Shown here one piece after another: positions 24,461-34,156 of a stretch of 48,875 bases of DNA (the stretch's first letter is position 1; every line of letters begins with the position of its first letter). The notes below the pieces were generated by a model. It was not told where the DNA came from. It saw only the letters and a program-made list of their open reading frames with translations, and ran no database searches. The DNA comes from a virus, in IMG/VR virus record IMGVR_UViG_3300009537_000023, positions 1 to 48,875 of that record. One strand, 5' to 3'. The position numbers and the translations under genes are program-made.

Positions 24461-25905
24461 TATGTAATGAACCCAAATCGACGTCCCATATCCTCTACCG
24501 AGTTGGCTAATTCACTGAACATTCGCCTAGTGGATAGGAATCTCTGATCTTGCCTTATCAATACGTCCAAGTCTACACCTGAAGGATCTTGACTGAGAAT
24601 CTTGCTTAGCAAAGGATCCGAATTATCTAAAGAGCCGAGCTCCAGAGTTTCTTTCACTTGCTGCCGATAGGGGGCAGCCCAGTCTTCCCAAGTAACATCG
24701 GGTGGCTTGAAGGTCCAACGTGAGTTGGAAATTGACTTGAGGTAATTCTGAAGATCAGCCTCGCTCGCAGTAGCCGCAGCTAGATCACGGCCCCAACGTG
24801 TGGCGAACTCGGCGGGCATTGCCACAGGACCAATCCAAGATCGCCATTGCTGCTCAGCAAATGCCGTCAGGTTCTCTATCTGATTGCCTTCTGCCCGCTG
24901 AGCTTCCTGCTCCTCTCGAAGGCGACGAGCTTCTGGGCTTTCAGGTTGTGCGGCTGCGTTGAGTCGGGTGTTGTACTCCCACTCTGCCTCCGTCATCTGG
25001 CCAGAAGCTATCTTGAAAGCCGCATCTCGGATATCATTATGGCCAGAACTGATCGGTTGACCCCAATGGCTCTCATAAATACCCGACAAACGAATGGCTA
25101 TCTCAGCCATAGTCTGGTTCTTCTCAGCCTCTGAGAGACCAACCCACTTCCTCTGAGTATCTGTGGTCTGCTGGAAGTATGGGGTATTGCGGTACTCAAC
25201 GAGGAATTGATTCTGATTCCAATCCTCGAAGTATGCCTGAATCATCAAACGCCGTACGTCTGGCTGATCCATCCCAGGCACGAAGCCAAACTGATTAAAG
25301 ATCCTTTCCTTCAGATCCTCCCAGGGGGTCTCTGCTTTAAGGCTTATCTCGGCAGCATTACCCCAATAGTTATTGCCAAACTGAGACTCAAACTGCCCGA
25401 TGTTCTGTAGGTTGAAATGGGCAGCTGGGGTTGTAGTGCCATAGACATTCTTCAACTGGTCCCCGGTGATGTTATACCAAGCCCAACCTAGATTGTCGCC
25501 TAGAGACCAAACGACTCGATAGGTACCGCCGATATTGACCAGCTTGGCATTACGGGGTAAGGCTTGAGTAGAGCCACCTGCACCTTCTGTGGCGGGAGAG
25601 TAGAAATTGGTGGCGGTTCTAATGAGGTGATTGAACTCATCCACACTGGCCTCACCTCGGGCGTAATAGCCAGCATCTGAATTGGCATCTAGAGCTCCCT
25701 CTTCCTTCAGGAACTCGTAATACTGGGTCTTGATAGTCGGGTTGTTTAGGGCATTGATCCTCTGGGTCGCAAGTCGAAGGGCATTCTCATAGTCAACCGC
25801 TCCCAGCTTTCGGTCTTCATAAAGCTCCCAGTCACCTTGAAGACCTATACCCAGTTGCCATAGCCACTCCCAGAATCCCATCGTTGAGGGAATACCAGCA
25901 GGCAT
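24460..25905 (-). CDS. hypothetical virion-module protein (481 aa)
   Basis: ORF track. Trp/Tyr-rich. Coupled to both neighbouring genes. Confidence 0.45.
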   Translation of the reverse strand: MPAGIPSTMGFWEWLWQLGIGLQGDWELYEDRKLGAVDYENALRLATQRINALNNPTIKTQYYEFLKEEGALDANSDAGYYARGEASVDEFNHLIRTATNFYSPATEGAGGSTQALPRNAKLVNIGGTYRVVWSLGDNLGWAWYNITGDQLKNVYGTTTPAAHFNLQNIGQFESQFGNNYWGNAAEISLKAETPWEDLKERIFNQFGFVPGMDQPDVRRLMIQAYFEDWNQNQFLVEYRNTPYFQQTTDTQRKWVGLSEAEKNQTMAEIAIRLSGIYESHWGQPISSGHNDIRDAAFKIASGQMTEAEWEYNTRLNAAAQPESPEARRLREEQEAQRAEGNQIENLTAFAEQQWRSWIGPVAMPAEFATRWGRDLAAATASEADLQNYLKSISNSRWTFKPPDVTWEDWAAPYRQQVKETLELGSLDNSDPLLSKILSQDPSGVDLDVLIRQDQRFLSTRRMFSELANSVEDMGRRFGFIT

Positions 25906-27788
25906 CAGACACCTTCCTGAAGTAGTCGAGCTATCCCGGCGGCATAGTCGGTGAAGCTCCGCTGTTGAGTTACTTCCTCATGGAACTGGAACTCACCGAG
26001 ACCCTTAACCGATTCCTCGAACTGAGCTTGGACATCAACGGCCGTAGACTCGCCGCCCTTAGCCTGGCGAAGATTGGCGTTGTATGAGGACCGAGCCAAG
26101 GTGTTGATCTTCTCCACACCGGCTGTGAGTTCATTGTCCGTAGGCTTTCTTCCGAGAAGCTCCTGATATACACCACTAATGTATTCCCGACTTTGGGCGG
26201 GGTCGGGCGTTTGGAATGGTGTGAAGCTTGGACCTGTACCAGATACTTCAGTGAAGTCACCCTCATCGAATAGGTAAGAGGCAAGTCCAGATCGGTTAGC
26301 CCGCTTCATAACGTCCGTAACATATGAGGCGGATTTCTTGTTTTGGAAGCTACCAGTATTGGTTAGATGCTGAGCGGCAGCAGGCGAATTATGTGCCGCA
26401 ACAGCAGCATCCCATCTACCAAACTGATTGAACCTTTCACGGAGCTTCTGCGCTGTCCACTCAAGGGCAAAGATAGGGTTGAATGCCTGATTGGGATGAA
26501 TACCAGGCCAGGCAGGTTGGAATATCTGAGCAAGGCCTCGAGAATTACCATTGTCACCTACAGCCTTATGATTCCATCCTGACTCATGGTCTATCACACC
26601 GTACAGAATACTAAGGGGAATATTGTGCCTCTGTGCAGCTACAGACGCCCACTCCAAAAGCGTGCGACCTTGGAAGGTTGCGAAAATACGAGGGGATAGC
26701 TGAGCCCCAGCTGGTACGTCTACACCTTCTTGTGGACTGGGGGTGGTAAAGAGGCGTCTCTCTTGTTCCACAGAACCTGTGAGCGCAGAGATTGGAGCCT
26801 GAGTCCCAGACACAGTTGTAGGACGGATTGTTTCTCCAGTAAGGGCTCTAGTACCCTGAGTCGGACGAATCTGAAAAGGTACGTCGACCCCAATGTTTCC
26901 GAGACTTTCAGGGAATAGAACTTGCCGAACATCACGACCTTGTAGAGGACCCCTAGCTGGCCCCTGAATTCCAGAAACATCTATACCGCTGGCGAGGGCA
27001 AAACTCAGAAGATCAGGACTAAGGTCTGGCTGGCCCTGAAGGAACCCTGTAACCTGAGGATCAGCACTAACACCTATCTCCTTTGAATTGACCAGAGCTA
27101 CAGAACCGGGGGTACCGGTGATGCTGCCATCGTGGTCAATAATCATCATGGCGAACCCGGGATCGGGTTCAGGGAACGGAGTTTCAGGTGTAGGTACCTG
27201 ACCTGATCTAGCCTGTTGCTGAAGCCTCACGTTCAAAGGCAAATTACCTCGGGACTGGAATTGAGTCCCTGTAGGCCCGGATGAACCTGGCGCCTGAGGA
27301 GACTGAGGAGACTGACCAGCAATTCCCTCTTCCAGACCTTGGAATGCAGCTACACCAAAGGGGGCAGCTATCGCACCACCAATAAGGAGTTTCCTCTTGA
27401 ACAAGGTTTGAATAGCCTTGCGAAGTAGAGGCCCAGCCTTCTCTAAGAGGGAAGGAGCTACCTGAACTGTTTTGGTAGCACCAGTTGCCACATCTTTGAT
27501 AACGGCTCTGCTTCCCCCCAAAGGACCGAAGCCTCCCTCGACTCTGCTCTCTGGATCGCCGAAAATGGTATTGAGCAAGGTGGGATCTTCACTACCCCCC
27601 GCTGCGCCACTTTGGTAAGCTCTGGCAAATTCAGGGCCTGCTGCCCTTACTTCCTCAAAAAACCCAAAGGCATCATCTCGTGGAAGATCATTGAGGAAAT
27701 CAATGTGCTTATCCACCAAGCGAGTGACCTCGGCTGTGTCACCTGCCTTGATTGCCTTGCGTATTAATTCTCTTGGATCCGTTGCCAT
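25905..27788 (-). CDS. internal/ejected virion protein with a C-terminal lytic transglycosylase (SLT) domain
   Basis: LSILYGVIDHESGWNHKAVGDNGNSRGLAQI (catalytic Glu-Ser and the GLAQI motif of goose-type/SLT lysozymes). There is a central Pro/Gly-rich linker and a hydrophobic span LLIGGAIAAPFGVAAF. Confidence 0.75.
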   Translation of the reverse strand: MATDPRELIRKAIKAGDTAEVTRLVDKHIDFLNDLPRDDAFGFFEEVRAAGPEFARAYQSGAAGGSEDPTLLNTIFGDPESRVEGGFGPLGGSRAVIKDVATGATKTVQVAPSLLEKAGPLLRKAIQTLFKRKLLIGGAIAAPFGVAAFQGLEEGIAGQSPQSPQAPGSSGPTGTQFQSRGNLPLNVRLQQQARSGQVPTPETPFPEPDPGFAMMIIDHDGSITGTPGSVALVNSKEIGVSADPQVTGFLQGQPDLSPDLLSFALASGIDVSGIQGPARGPLQGRDVRQVLFPESLGNIGVDVPFQIRPTQGTRALTGETIRPTTVSGTQAPISALTGSVEQERRLFTTPSPQEGVDVPAGAQLSPRIFATFQGRTLLEWASVAAQRHNIPLSILYGVIDHESGWNHKAVGDNGNSRGLAQIFQPAWPGIHPNQAFNPIFALEWTAQKLRERFNQFGRWDAAVAAHNSPAAAQHLTNTGSFQNKKSASYVTDVMKRANRSGLASYLFDEGDFTEVSGTGPSFTPFQTPDPAQSREYISGVYQELLGRKPTDNELTAGVEKINTLARSSYNANLRQAKGGESTAVDVQAQFEESVKGLGEFQFHEEVTQQRSFTDYAAGIARLLQEGV

Positions 27789-30700
27789 TATTTCACCGGG
27801 TCACCTTCGAGATAGCGATAATACACGGGACCAAATGCCACGTTGTCCTCTATGATCTTGAAGACCAAAGACTCCCAAAGGAAAGCAAGATCCTGATTAG
27901 CTGTGGCGGTTAGGGTGCTTGCTCCCCCCGCCACCTTACGTCGATTGAGTTCCTGAGCTATAAGAGACCTTAACTCCAGATATTGAGAAAGCCCCGCAAG
28001 ATCAGGTCTATCTTCAATGTCGGAACTAATCGCCTTGAAGGCTTGTATTCTCTTATCCCACTTCAACTTATCCTGAGTATTAAAATCCTCCCACCAAGAT
28101 GGGTATTTAATTGCCAGATTATCGGTGAAGGATCTCTTGAGAGCGGTTAGATCGTCAGCCTCCTTGACTTGAAGATTGGGTAGCCCTCGCCTACGACGCT
28201 CTAGGTCTAGAAGATCAAGGAACTTGATATAATCCTGCCAACCGAGGCGTCTATCTACCTCGATGATACCACCGGTCCTTGAGTCGATTTCGACTCCTCT
28301 ATAGGTTCGTTCAAGCTCGGAGAACGGGTTATCTGGATCAACGGGCCGCTGTAGCTGCGCTGCAAAAGCCGCAGTAGAAAACTCGCCCACCCCTTCATCA
28401 CCAATAATAAGACGCCCATATTCTGGAAACTCCTCGATTAACTCCTCGAACCTACGCCTGGCAAGTTCTGCCTCGACAGTAGGTGGGATACCTGTCTTGC
28501 TTACGGTTCGGCTAACAGTAAGAGCGAAGAATTCTGGACCATATTCATTGAGAAAGACCTCATCTGCCTTTTCAGGTCCCAGGGTCTCGATCATATCACG
28601 GTAAACATCAATGTACGGCTGCATTGGAGACATAAAGATCGGCTGGGCGGGCAAGGCTAATCTGGAAATACCCCTCATAATTTGGAGTTTCCGAGATATA
28701 TCATGGGCTTCAGCCTCTGTGGGTGGGGTGCTTCGCCTACCTGCCCGATACTCGACATCCATCCAAGTAACAGCATCCACGAAGGCTCTTTCATAAGAAG
28801 CATCACCCCTAGTACCTGATAGCTCGGACTGAAGTTGGCGAGCCAGCGGAGAAAGAAAGATACGGCTAGAATCCACAGTAACACCGTGGGGTAGAAGCCA
28901 TTTCAGAGACTCCTCAAGCTCTGGCTTATTCTTCACGACCTCATTAACAGGATACTGAATAGGTGGACCTACCCCAGGCAATGGGTTATTCAAGACGAGG
29001 TTAAAGGAGTTCTTGGCAAACTTCGCACCACCTGTAGCTACATACCTAGTCCAGCCAGTCAATCCCAGTTGATCGGCAGCTTGCTCACTGAGTCGGAACT
29101 GAAGCCATTCCTCACCAGTCTCCTCATCTGTGAAAGTCATACCAGCCTTGTTAGGTGCTTCCCACAGAAGTCGGGCACGACCGATAACCGATGGATCTTG
29201 AATGGCAATCTTGTTCCATACAGTAAGAACCTCTTGCCATGCCGGGTAGAAGGGAGCAATAAACCTGAGTGTATGACCCAACTGAGAGGTCTCCGCCAAG
29301 TCATACAGGAAAGTCTTTACTTCCTTGATACCTGTAGCTCTAGCCTGCCGAGACATCGATTGAATGGCTTCCTCAGTGAGAGGCAAACCTTGGGCTGCCC
29401 TAAGGCGCTCTAGCCGTACCATCTCAGAGGCATAGACTTGCTTGAAGAATGGCTGTCGGCTGAGGGTATCAGTAGGCAACCTACCTAGTAGATCGAAGGC
29501 CTCTGAGAAAATGGAGTTTATAGTTCTGGTAATTTCTGACTGACCAAGAGTCTGAGCCACAATTTCAGAATGCACCGTCTGTGGACGGAAAGCCTCATCA
29601 ATACCTTCCATCATCTTCAAGGTGACTTTACGGTCTAGAGCTCCACGCAAGAGTTCTTCCTTGAAGCCCCCGGTGTAGTCAAATAACTCCTCAATGACGT
29701 TCTCCACCCAACGCTCAGGGTTCTGAGCAAACCACGGGACAGCATTGGCTATCGCCCTACCCTCAGTGGTCCCCTGTAGATAACGGATCCCATCATCGAC
29801 CATGCGCTGCATGGCTGCCTCATCAATGAAGTCCACATCAAAGGCTTTATTTGCCAGGGCTGACTGAATGACCCTACGGCCAAGGCCAGATCGGCCATAC
29901 TGCTCATTGAGAACTCTACCCCATGCGAGATGGAAACCAGGTTCTTCCGGCCCGATAGACATCCACTGCCCAGAGCCTTTTGTTCTGAGATGGTTAAGGT
30001 TACGAAGTTCATCCCTACCCATAAGAGTCTGAAGACTACGGATTGCCTTCTCAGATGGGCCACCAAACCCTGCTCTGGCAGAGACATAGTCCTCTAGACC
30101 AACCTCCCTCATATGCCTTAAAACATCGGGGTCTACCAGTTTCAGCTTCTCAGTTATGGCTGTGGCGAGCTTGGCCCCCCTTACAGCCACAGAGGTCAAG
30201 GGCTGAGTCCCTGTAATGGTAGCAAAACCTGCTGCGGTTCTTTTACCTGCCTTCTCAAAGAGGTCACCGCTAATATCCTTATCAAACAGGTTGGTTAGCT
30301 TAGGCTGTTCACCCAGAGAGACAGCCGCAAGGTGATCTACTAGAGATCCCATCTTGGCGAGGATACGAAGTTGCTCATCCGAAACGACTCGAAGCATCCA
30401 CCCACCACGCAGAAGCACAGATGGCTTCCAATAGCGGTAGAATGAGGATAACATCGCTTCAGGTATTTCACCATATTTCAGTCTGAAGGTACCCATTTTC
30501 TTGGCTTGCCGAACTATTTCCCGAGCATTCGGTAGAGGTACCCAGTTGCCTAACTGAGTCTCCAATAGGGGCATAGCCACTTCAGATATTTCACCAAGAT
30601 CCTCATCAAAGAACCTGTGCATATCTCTGCGGCTCGAAGCATACCTACGACTTTTGAGAATGCTCTTGGCAGTGGCGATGCCAGTTCTACCTTGATTGAT

Positions 30701-33106
30701 CGCCTCCTCGAATTGCTTTCGGCTCATGCCAGCCGTACGAGCAGCCCTCTCAATAATGGTCTCGTTCATCTGGTTGAATATTTTTTCCCGAGAAAATGGG
30801 TCACCTGAGGCTTCGATCCATCTCTGGGTGAAAAGCTCAACCTCACTTTGCTTGATACCCACACCACGAGCTTCCTCAAGCTGACGACGGACCTGAATGT
30901 CCGACATCTCATCATCCAGATTGACCCACTGGTGTGGGCGATGCTCTACCACAACACGAATGGGTCGAGCTAACGGGGACTGCTGGTACCAAGAGGTTCG
31001 ACGTAGCAAGTTGGCTGCCCGTCGGGATGCTGCGGGCATACGAAGCTGGGAGATAACGCCTCGCTGAGAAGCCTCATCTAAGAACCGAACATATGAAGCC
31101 TGATCCGTAAGGGTGGCTATCTCCTCATCAATGAACTCCGACATATATGGAGCAGCCATATCCTTGACCCGATTATTGAATCCAAGCATGGCATTTACTA
31201 TCTCATCGGGATCCTTGCCTGCTGCGATATCCTCACCAGCCTTAAGGAGCTTATCGATCTTGGCTCTCAGCATAGGCTCAAGACCATCAAGCTCTGGCAG
31301 ACGATAGCCCATAGATGACATCAGAACGGTCCTGCGATCCTGATAGGTATTTACCTCAGATAGCCATCGAGAAACTTCAGCGCCGTAGATGGTATCCGGG
31401 AACAGAACTCGGCGAATCTCATCGGTACTTCTACCTCTGCCCTTATTGTCCAACCAGTTCAAAACCCCCTGTACAACCTTATGCTGTGAAGCTCTCTCCG
31501 CTAGGTGATTACCACCTACAAGGGATTGGTTACGTACCGTCTGGCGTCCTGCCAAGAACTTCTCTGCCTCTATGGGAGAGGAGGCAAAGAGCCTAGCTGC
31601 CTCTGTTAGATCCGAACTCAACTCCTCGAAGTTCACCAACAGATCAGGCTCTATAGCAGAACCATCGGGGTTGTAAAGCCGGGAATTCATACTGCCCGGT
31701 GAGTCGACCAGATATGAAGGGGCCCCACCATCTGGCCACAGAGCGTCATCTAAGTCTTCCGGGTCCAGTCTCAGAACTGATGTGGTCTTTTCACCTACAT
31801 CACCTGCAAGCGCAGCAAAGGTAGACTCGTTAGGATCCAAGTCTTTAGAGGCAGCAAGAACGGGGTTGTTGAACTCCTCATATATCACAGGCAGACCGTC
31901 AGGGTCAATCTTGAGGATAATAGGCATATCCGTTGGATCGGCTTTGTAAAGGGAGGATGCGTATCTCTTGGCCTCAGTTAGATCATTGACCAATTGCATA
32001 GGTCTAGAGTTAGACCCTGCATACTTCCTACCCCTCTGACCCTTGCGAGCCTTAGTACCAAGTATGCCCCTGGTAGCCTTGTCGGCATTGATTTGATCTG
32101 AAGCATCCGAGCGAATCACTTGCTCCACGAAATCATCCAACTGATCTTCTGGCAAACCTGACTGACTAGCTAGGTTACGGACTTCCTCTATCTCATCAGG
32201 CGAGTACAGGGCACGCCGCTCATCCACAGCCTCATCTAGGCCCCGAACCCGCATCCCCTCACCCTCAAGCTGATCCATACCTGAGTGTCGAACGACGGTG
32301 TACAACTCCTGAGTTTTTCCCGGCTTGAGCGTAACCATTCTAAAGCCATCGGGGCCTTGAACCTCGTCACCCACTTTCAGCCCGAGTTTACGAAGTGCCG
32401 CAGCATGACCTTTGGGTCTCGAGGCCTTGAAGTCAGTTACGCCAGGCTTAAAGGTCCTACGATTACGAGCTACCTTTAGACCCTTACCAGCTATGACCAG
32501 CGGATCTGTAAACCATCTTGCCCCGGCATCGATAGTACCGGAGGTGATGTTATACCATGCGGTCTCACGAATCAGGTCTTGCTGATCTGGCGTGCGGTTG
32601 TAGAAATCAGGTATGACTGCCTGTTCTACCCACGCCTGACCCGGAGTACGGAACTCGGATTTTTGCCACTGCCGATAGAAGTTGACAGCCTCTGTAGGAT
32701 CCCCCCCATGTAGAGCCCCAATTAGGGAGCCCGAGGCTCCAGAAGCTGTGCCTAACACCCTCTGAAGGCTGAGCGCCCCGGGCTCCTGACCTAGAATACC
32801 TTGACCAGTTTGCCTCTGAAACTCGGTGCTGTAGACCCTTTCGGCCGTATCAAAGACATTCTTGACCGCTACGCCTACAGAAGATTCCCCAACCGCTTGA
32901 CCCGCAGCCTTAGCACCCAAAGCTTCGCCAATACTAGCAAGGCCAGTGACAGCCTGCTCAGTAGCTCCCCCGAACACACCGCCGAAACCTGGGTTGTATT
33001 CATCTGAGGCCCATGCCTTTGCAGTATCGAAGACCAGACCAAAAGGCGCCTGGAATATATCTCCTACGCCCTCTGCTACCTTCTTAAGTCTGTCTCCTAG
33101 TCCCAT
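27788..33106 (-). CDS. giant virion protein (1772 aa), function unknown
   Basis: A single uninterrupted ORF with a Gly-rich N-terminus. I saw no P-loop, polymerase or nuclease motifs. Coupled to the SLT-protein gene. Confidence 0.7.
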   Translation of the reverse strand: MGLGDRLKKVAEGVGDIFQAPFGLVFDTAKAWASDEYNPGFGGVFGGATEQAVTGLASIGEALGAKAAGQAVGESSVGVAVKNVFDTAERVYSTEFQRQTGQGILGQEPGALSLQRVLGTASGASGSLIGALHGGDPTEAVNFYRQWQKSEFRTPGQAWVEQAVIPDFYNRTPDQQDLIRETAWYNITSGTIDAGARWFTDPLVIAGKGLKVARNRRTFKPGVTDFKASRPKGHAAALRKLGLKVGDEVQGPDGFRMVTLKPGKTQELYTVVRHSGMDQLEGEGMRVRGLDEAVDERRALYSPDEIEEVRNLASQSGLPEDQLDDFVEQVIRSDASDQINADKATRGILGTKARKGQRGRKYAGSNSRPMQLVNDLTEAKRYASSLYKADPTDMPIILKIDPDGLPVIYEEFNNPVLAASKDLDPNESTFAALAGDVGEKTTSVLRLDPEDLDDALWPDGGAPSYLVDSPGSMNSRLYNPDGSAIEPDLLVNFEELSSDLTEAARLFASSPIEAEKFLAGRQTVRNQSLVGGNHLAERASQHKVVQGVLNWLDNKGRGRSTDEIRRVLFPDTIYGAEVSRWLSEVNTYQDRRTVLMSSMGYRLPELDGLEPMLRAKIDKLLKAGEDIAAGKDPDEIVNAMLGFNNRVKDMAAPYMSEFIDEEIATLTDQASYVRFLDEASQRGVISQLRMPAASRRAANLLRRTSWYQQSPLARPIRVVVEHRPHQWVNLDDEMSDIQVRRQLEEARGVGIKQSEVELFTQRWIEASGDPFSREKIFNQMNETIIERAARTAGMSRKQFEEAINQGRTGIATAKSILKSRRYASSRRDMHRFFDEDLGEISEVAMPLLETQLGNWVPLPNAREIVRQAKKMGTFRLKYGEIPEAMLSSFYRYWKPSVLLRGGWMLRVVSDEQLRILAKMGSLVDHLAAVSLGEQPKLTNLFDKDISGDLFEKAGKRTAAGFATITGTQPLTSVAVRGAKLATAITEKLKLVDPDVLRHMREVGLEDYVSARAGFGGPSEKAIRSLQTLMGRDELRNLNHLRTKGSGQWMSIGPEEPGFHLAWGRVLNEQYGRSGLGRRVIQSALANKAFDVDFIDEAAMQRMVDDGIRYLQGTTEGRAIANAVPWFAQNPERWVENVIEELFDYTGGFKEELLRGALDRKVTLKMMEGIDEAFRPQTVHSEIVAQTLGQSEITRTINSIFSEAFDLLGRLPTDTLSRQPFFKQVYASEMVRLERLRAAQGLPLTEEAIQSMSRQARATGIKEVKTFLYDLAETSQLGHTLRFIAPFYPAWQEVLTVWNKIAIQDPSVIGRARLLWEAPNKAGMTFTDEETGEEWLQFRLSEQAADQLGLTGWTRYVATGGAKFAKNSFNLVLNNPLPGVGPPIQYPVNEVVKNKPELEESLKWLLPHGVTVDSSRIFLSPLARQLQSELSGTRGDASYERAFVDAVTWMDVEYRAGRRSTPPTEAEAHDISRKLQIMRGISRLALPAQPIFMSPMQPYIDVYRDMIETLGPEKADEVFLNEYGPEFFALTVSRTVSKTGIPPTVEAELARRRFEELIEEFPEYGRLIIGDEGVGEFSTAAFAAQLQRPVDPDNPFSELERTYRGVEIDSRTGGIIEVDRRLGWQDYIKFLDLLDLERRRRGLPNLQVKEADDLTALKRSFTDNLAIKYPSWWEDFNTQDKLKWDKRIQAFKAISSDIEDRPDLAGLSQYLELRSLIAQELNRRKVAGGASTLTATANQDLAFLWESLVFKIIEDNVAFGPVYYRYLEGDPVK

Positions 33107-33599
33107 TTCCGCTCAAATCTGGCATCTGCTCTGGCGCCACAGGTAGATTCGCTCTTATCCGCTGAGCAAGGATCTTAGTCTCTGTGGTTGCGTTCGGGAG
33201 AGTGGCCAGGCGCATGATGAGCGGATAGATAGTCCTCATCTCAGCCGCTGTCATTTGGGCATTCAATTGACCAGGGCCGGGAAGTAGAGCATCGGGACCT
33301 GGACCTGCACCCGCTGAGATACCTGATGTTAGAGGCTCATCTGGCCTAGTAGTACCATCAGTAAGGCCAACTGCTGGGCTTACTTGTTCAAGAGGGATAT
33401 TGCCCAGCATCTCCCGCAATCGCCCAGCTTGACCGTGGGATATCGAAGGCTCTGAAGGATTTGGGGGTAAAGGTGTTCCCGGCGTACCAGGAAGCTCCGC
33501 TAGATCGGATCTATTTGGCCCACGAGCGAAAGGCAGAGAAGCGGGTCTCTGCACTCCATCAGGAACTCTTGCCCCTCCACGATTCTCACGGGTGGTCAT
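33084..33599 (-). CDS. Pro/Gly-rich, probably disordered protein (171 aa)
   Basis: ORF track. Overlaps the giant gene's start by 23 nt. Confidence 0.4.
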   Translation of the reverse strand: MTTRENRGGARVPDGVQRPASLPFARGPNRSDLAELPGTPGTPLPPNPSEPSISHGQAGRLREMLGNIPLEQVSPAVGLTDGTTRPDEPLTSGISAGAGPGPDALLPGPGQLNAQMTAAEMRTIYPLIMRLATLPNATTETKILAQRIRANLPVAPEQMPDLSGNGTRRQT

Positions 33600-33606
33600 C
33601 TAGACC

Positions 33607-33864
33607 TCAGTGAGACGGTTTGGTAGGCAAGGCAGTAGAGATGGTTCGAGCAGTTCCCAAATCAACTGTGGCGGCATCTGTTCGAGGAGTAGAGGTGTAA
33701 TAAGAACCTGACTCTGATCCATCCGCATTGTGCGTGTGGGCCTCAAAGTCAGTTTTTACCTCGTTTAGGAAGTTGATGATCTCATTCACCGTCTCCCACA
33801 ATTCCTCAACCATCGGCCATAGTTGTCTAGGAATGTTCGTTCGGGTTTGAAGTTCGCCGGGCAT
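33607..33864 (-). CDS. hypothetical protein (85 aa)
   Basis: ORF track. Tightly packed. Confidence 0.45.
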   Translation of the reverse strand: MPGELQTRTNIPRQLWPMVEELWETVNEIINFLNEVKTDFEAHTHNADGSESGSYYTSTPRTDAATVDLGTARTISTALPTKPSH

Positions 33865-33872
33865 ACCTACTC

Positions 33873-34079
33873 CTATTCGGGATTGGTAGAACGCCGCTTC
33901 ACTGAACGACCTTTGCCAATGGTCTTCAGATAGGCGTGCTTGTTGTTCCGAGGACCACTCTCTGGACCACCAGCAACTTCCTCACTGGACTTGTGCTTGA
34001 TGTTCCCTGCCGAACCAGTATCGCCCCACTGGGCGCCCTGATTCTGTTTGGATCCTTTGGTTTTCTTGGCTAGTGGCAT
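33873..34079 (-). CDS. small basic protein (68 aa)
   Basis: ORF track. Lys/Arg/Gly/Ser-rich, with no hydrophobic core. Confidence 0.45.
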   Translation of the reverse strand: MPLAKKTKGSKQNQGAQWGDTGSAGNIKHKSSEEVAGGPESGPRNNKHAYLKTIGKGRSVKRRSTNPE

Positions 34080-34156
34080 TAATAACGCCTGCCTTTCTTT
34101 GCTCGGGTCTTCTGCTTCTGTGGTCTACGCTTCTTGGCCTTTTTCTTCTTAGGCAT
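34079..34156 (-). CDS. 25-aa polybasic micro-ORF (MPKKKKAKKRRPQKQKTRAKKGRRY)
   Basis: Translated by hand. Its ATG shares one nt with the portal stop (TGATG), and its TAA shares one nt with the next ATG (TAATG). It is below the ORF-track size cutoff. Confidence 0.4.
   Translation of the reverse strand: MPKKKKAKKRRPQKQKTRAKKGRRY

Noticed and set aside
27788-33106. The giant protein as an N4-like virion RNA polymerase or a DarB-like helicase/methylase.
   Set aside because: Reading the full translation, I could find no T7-like RNAP motifs (D..., R...K...YG, HDS), no Walker A/B motifs, no DEAH box and no SAM-binding motifs. The function is left unknown.
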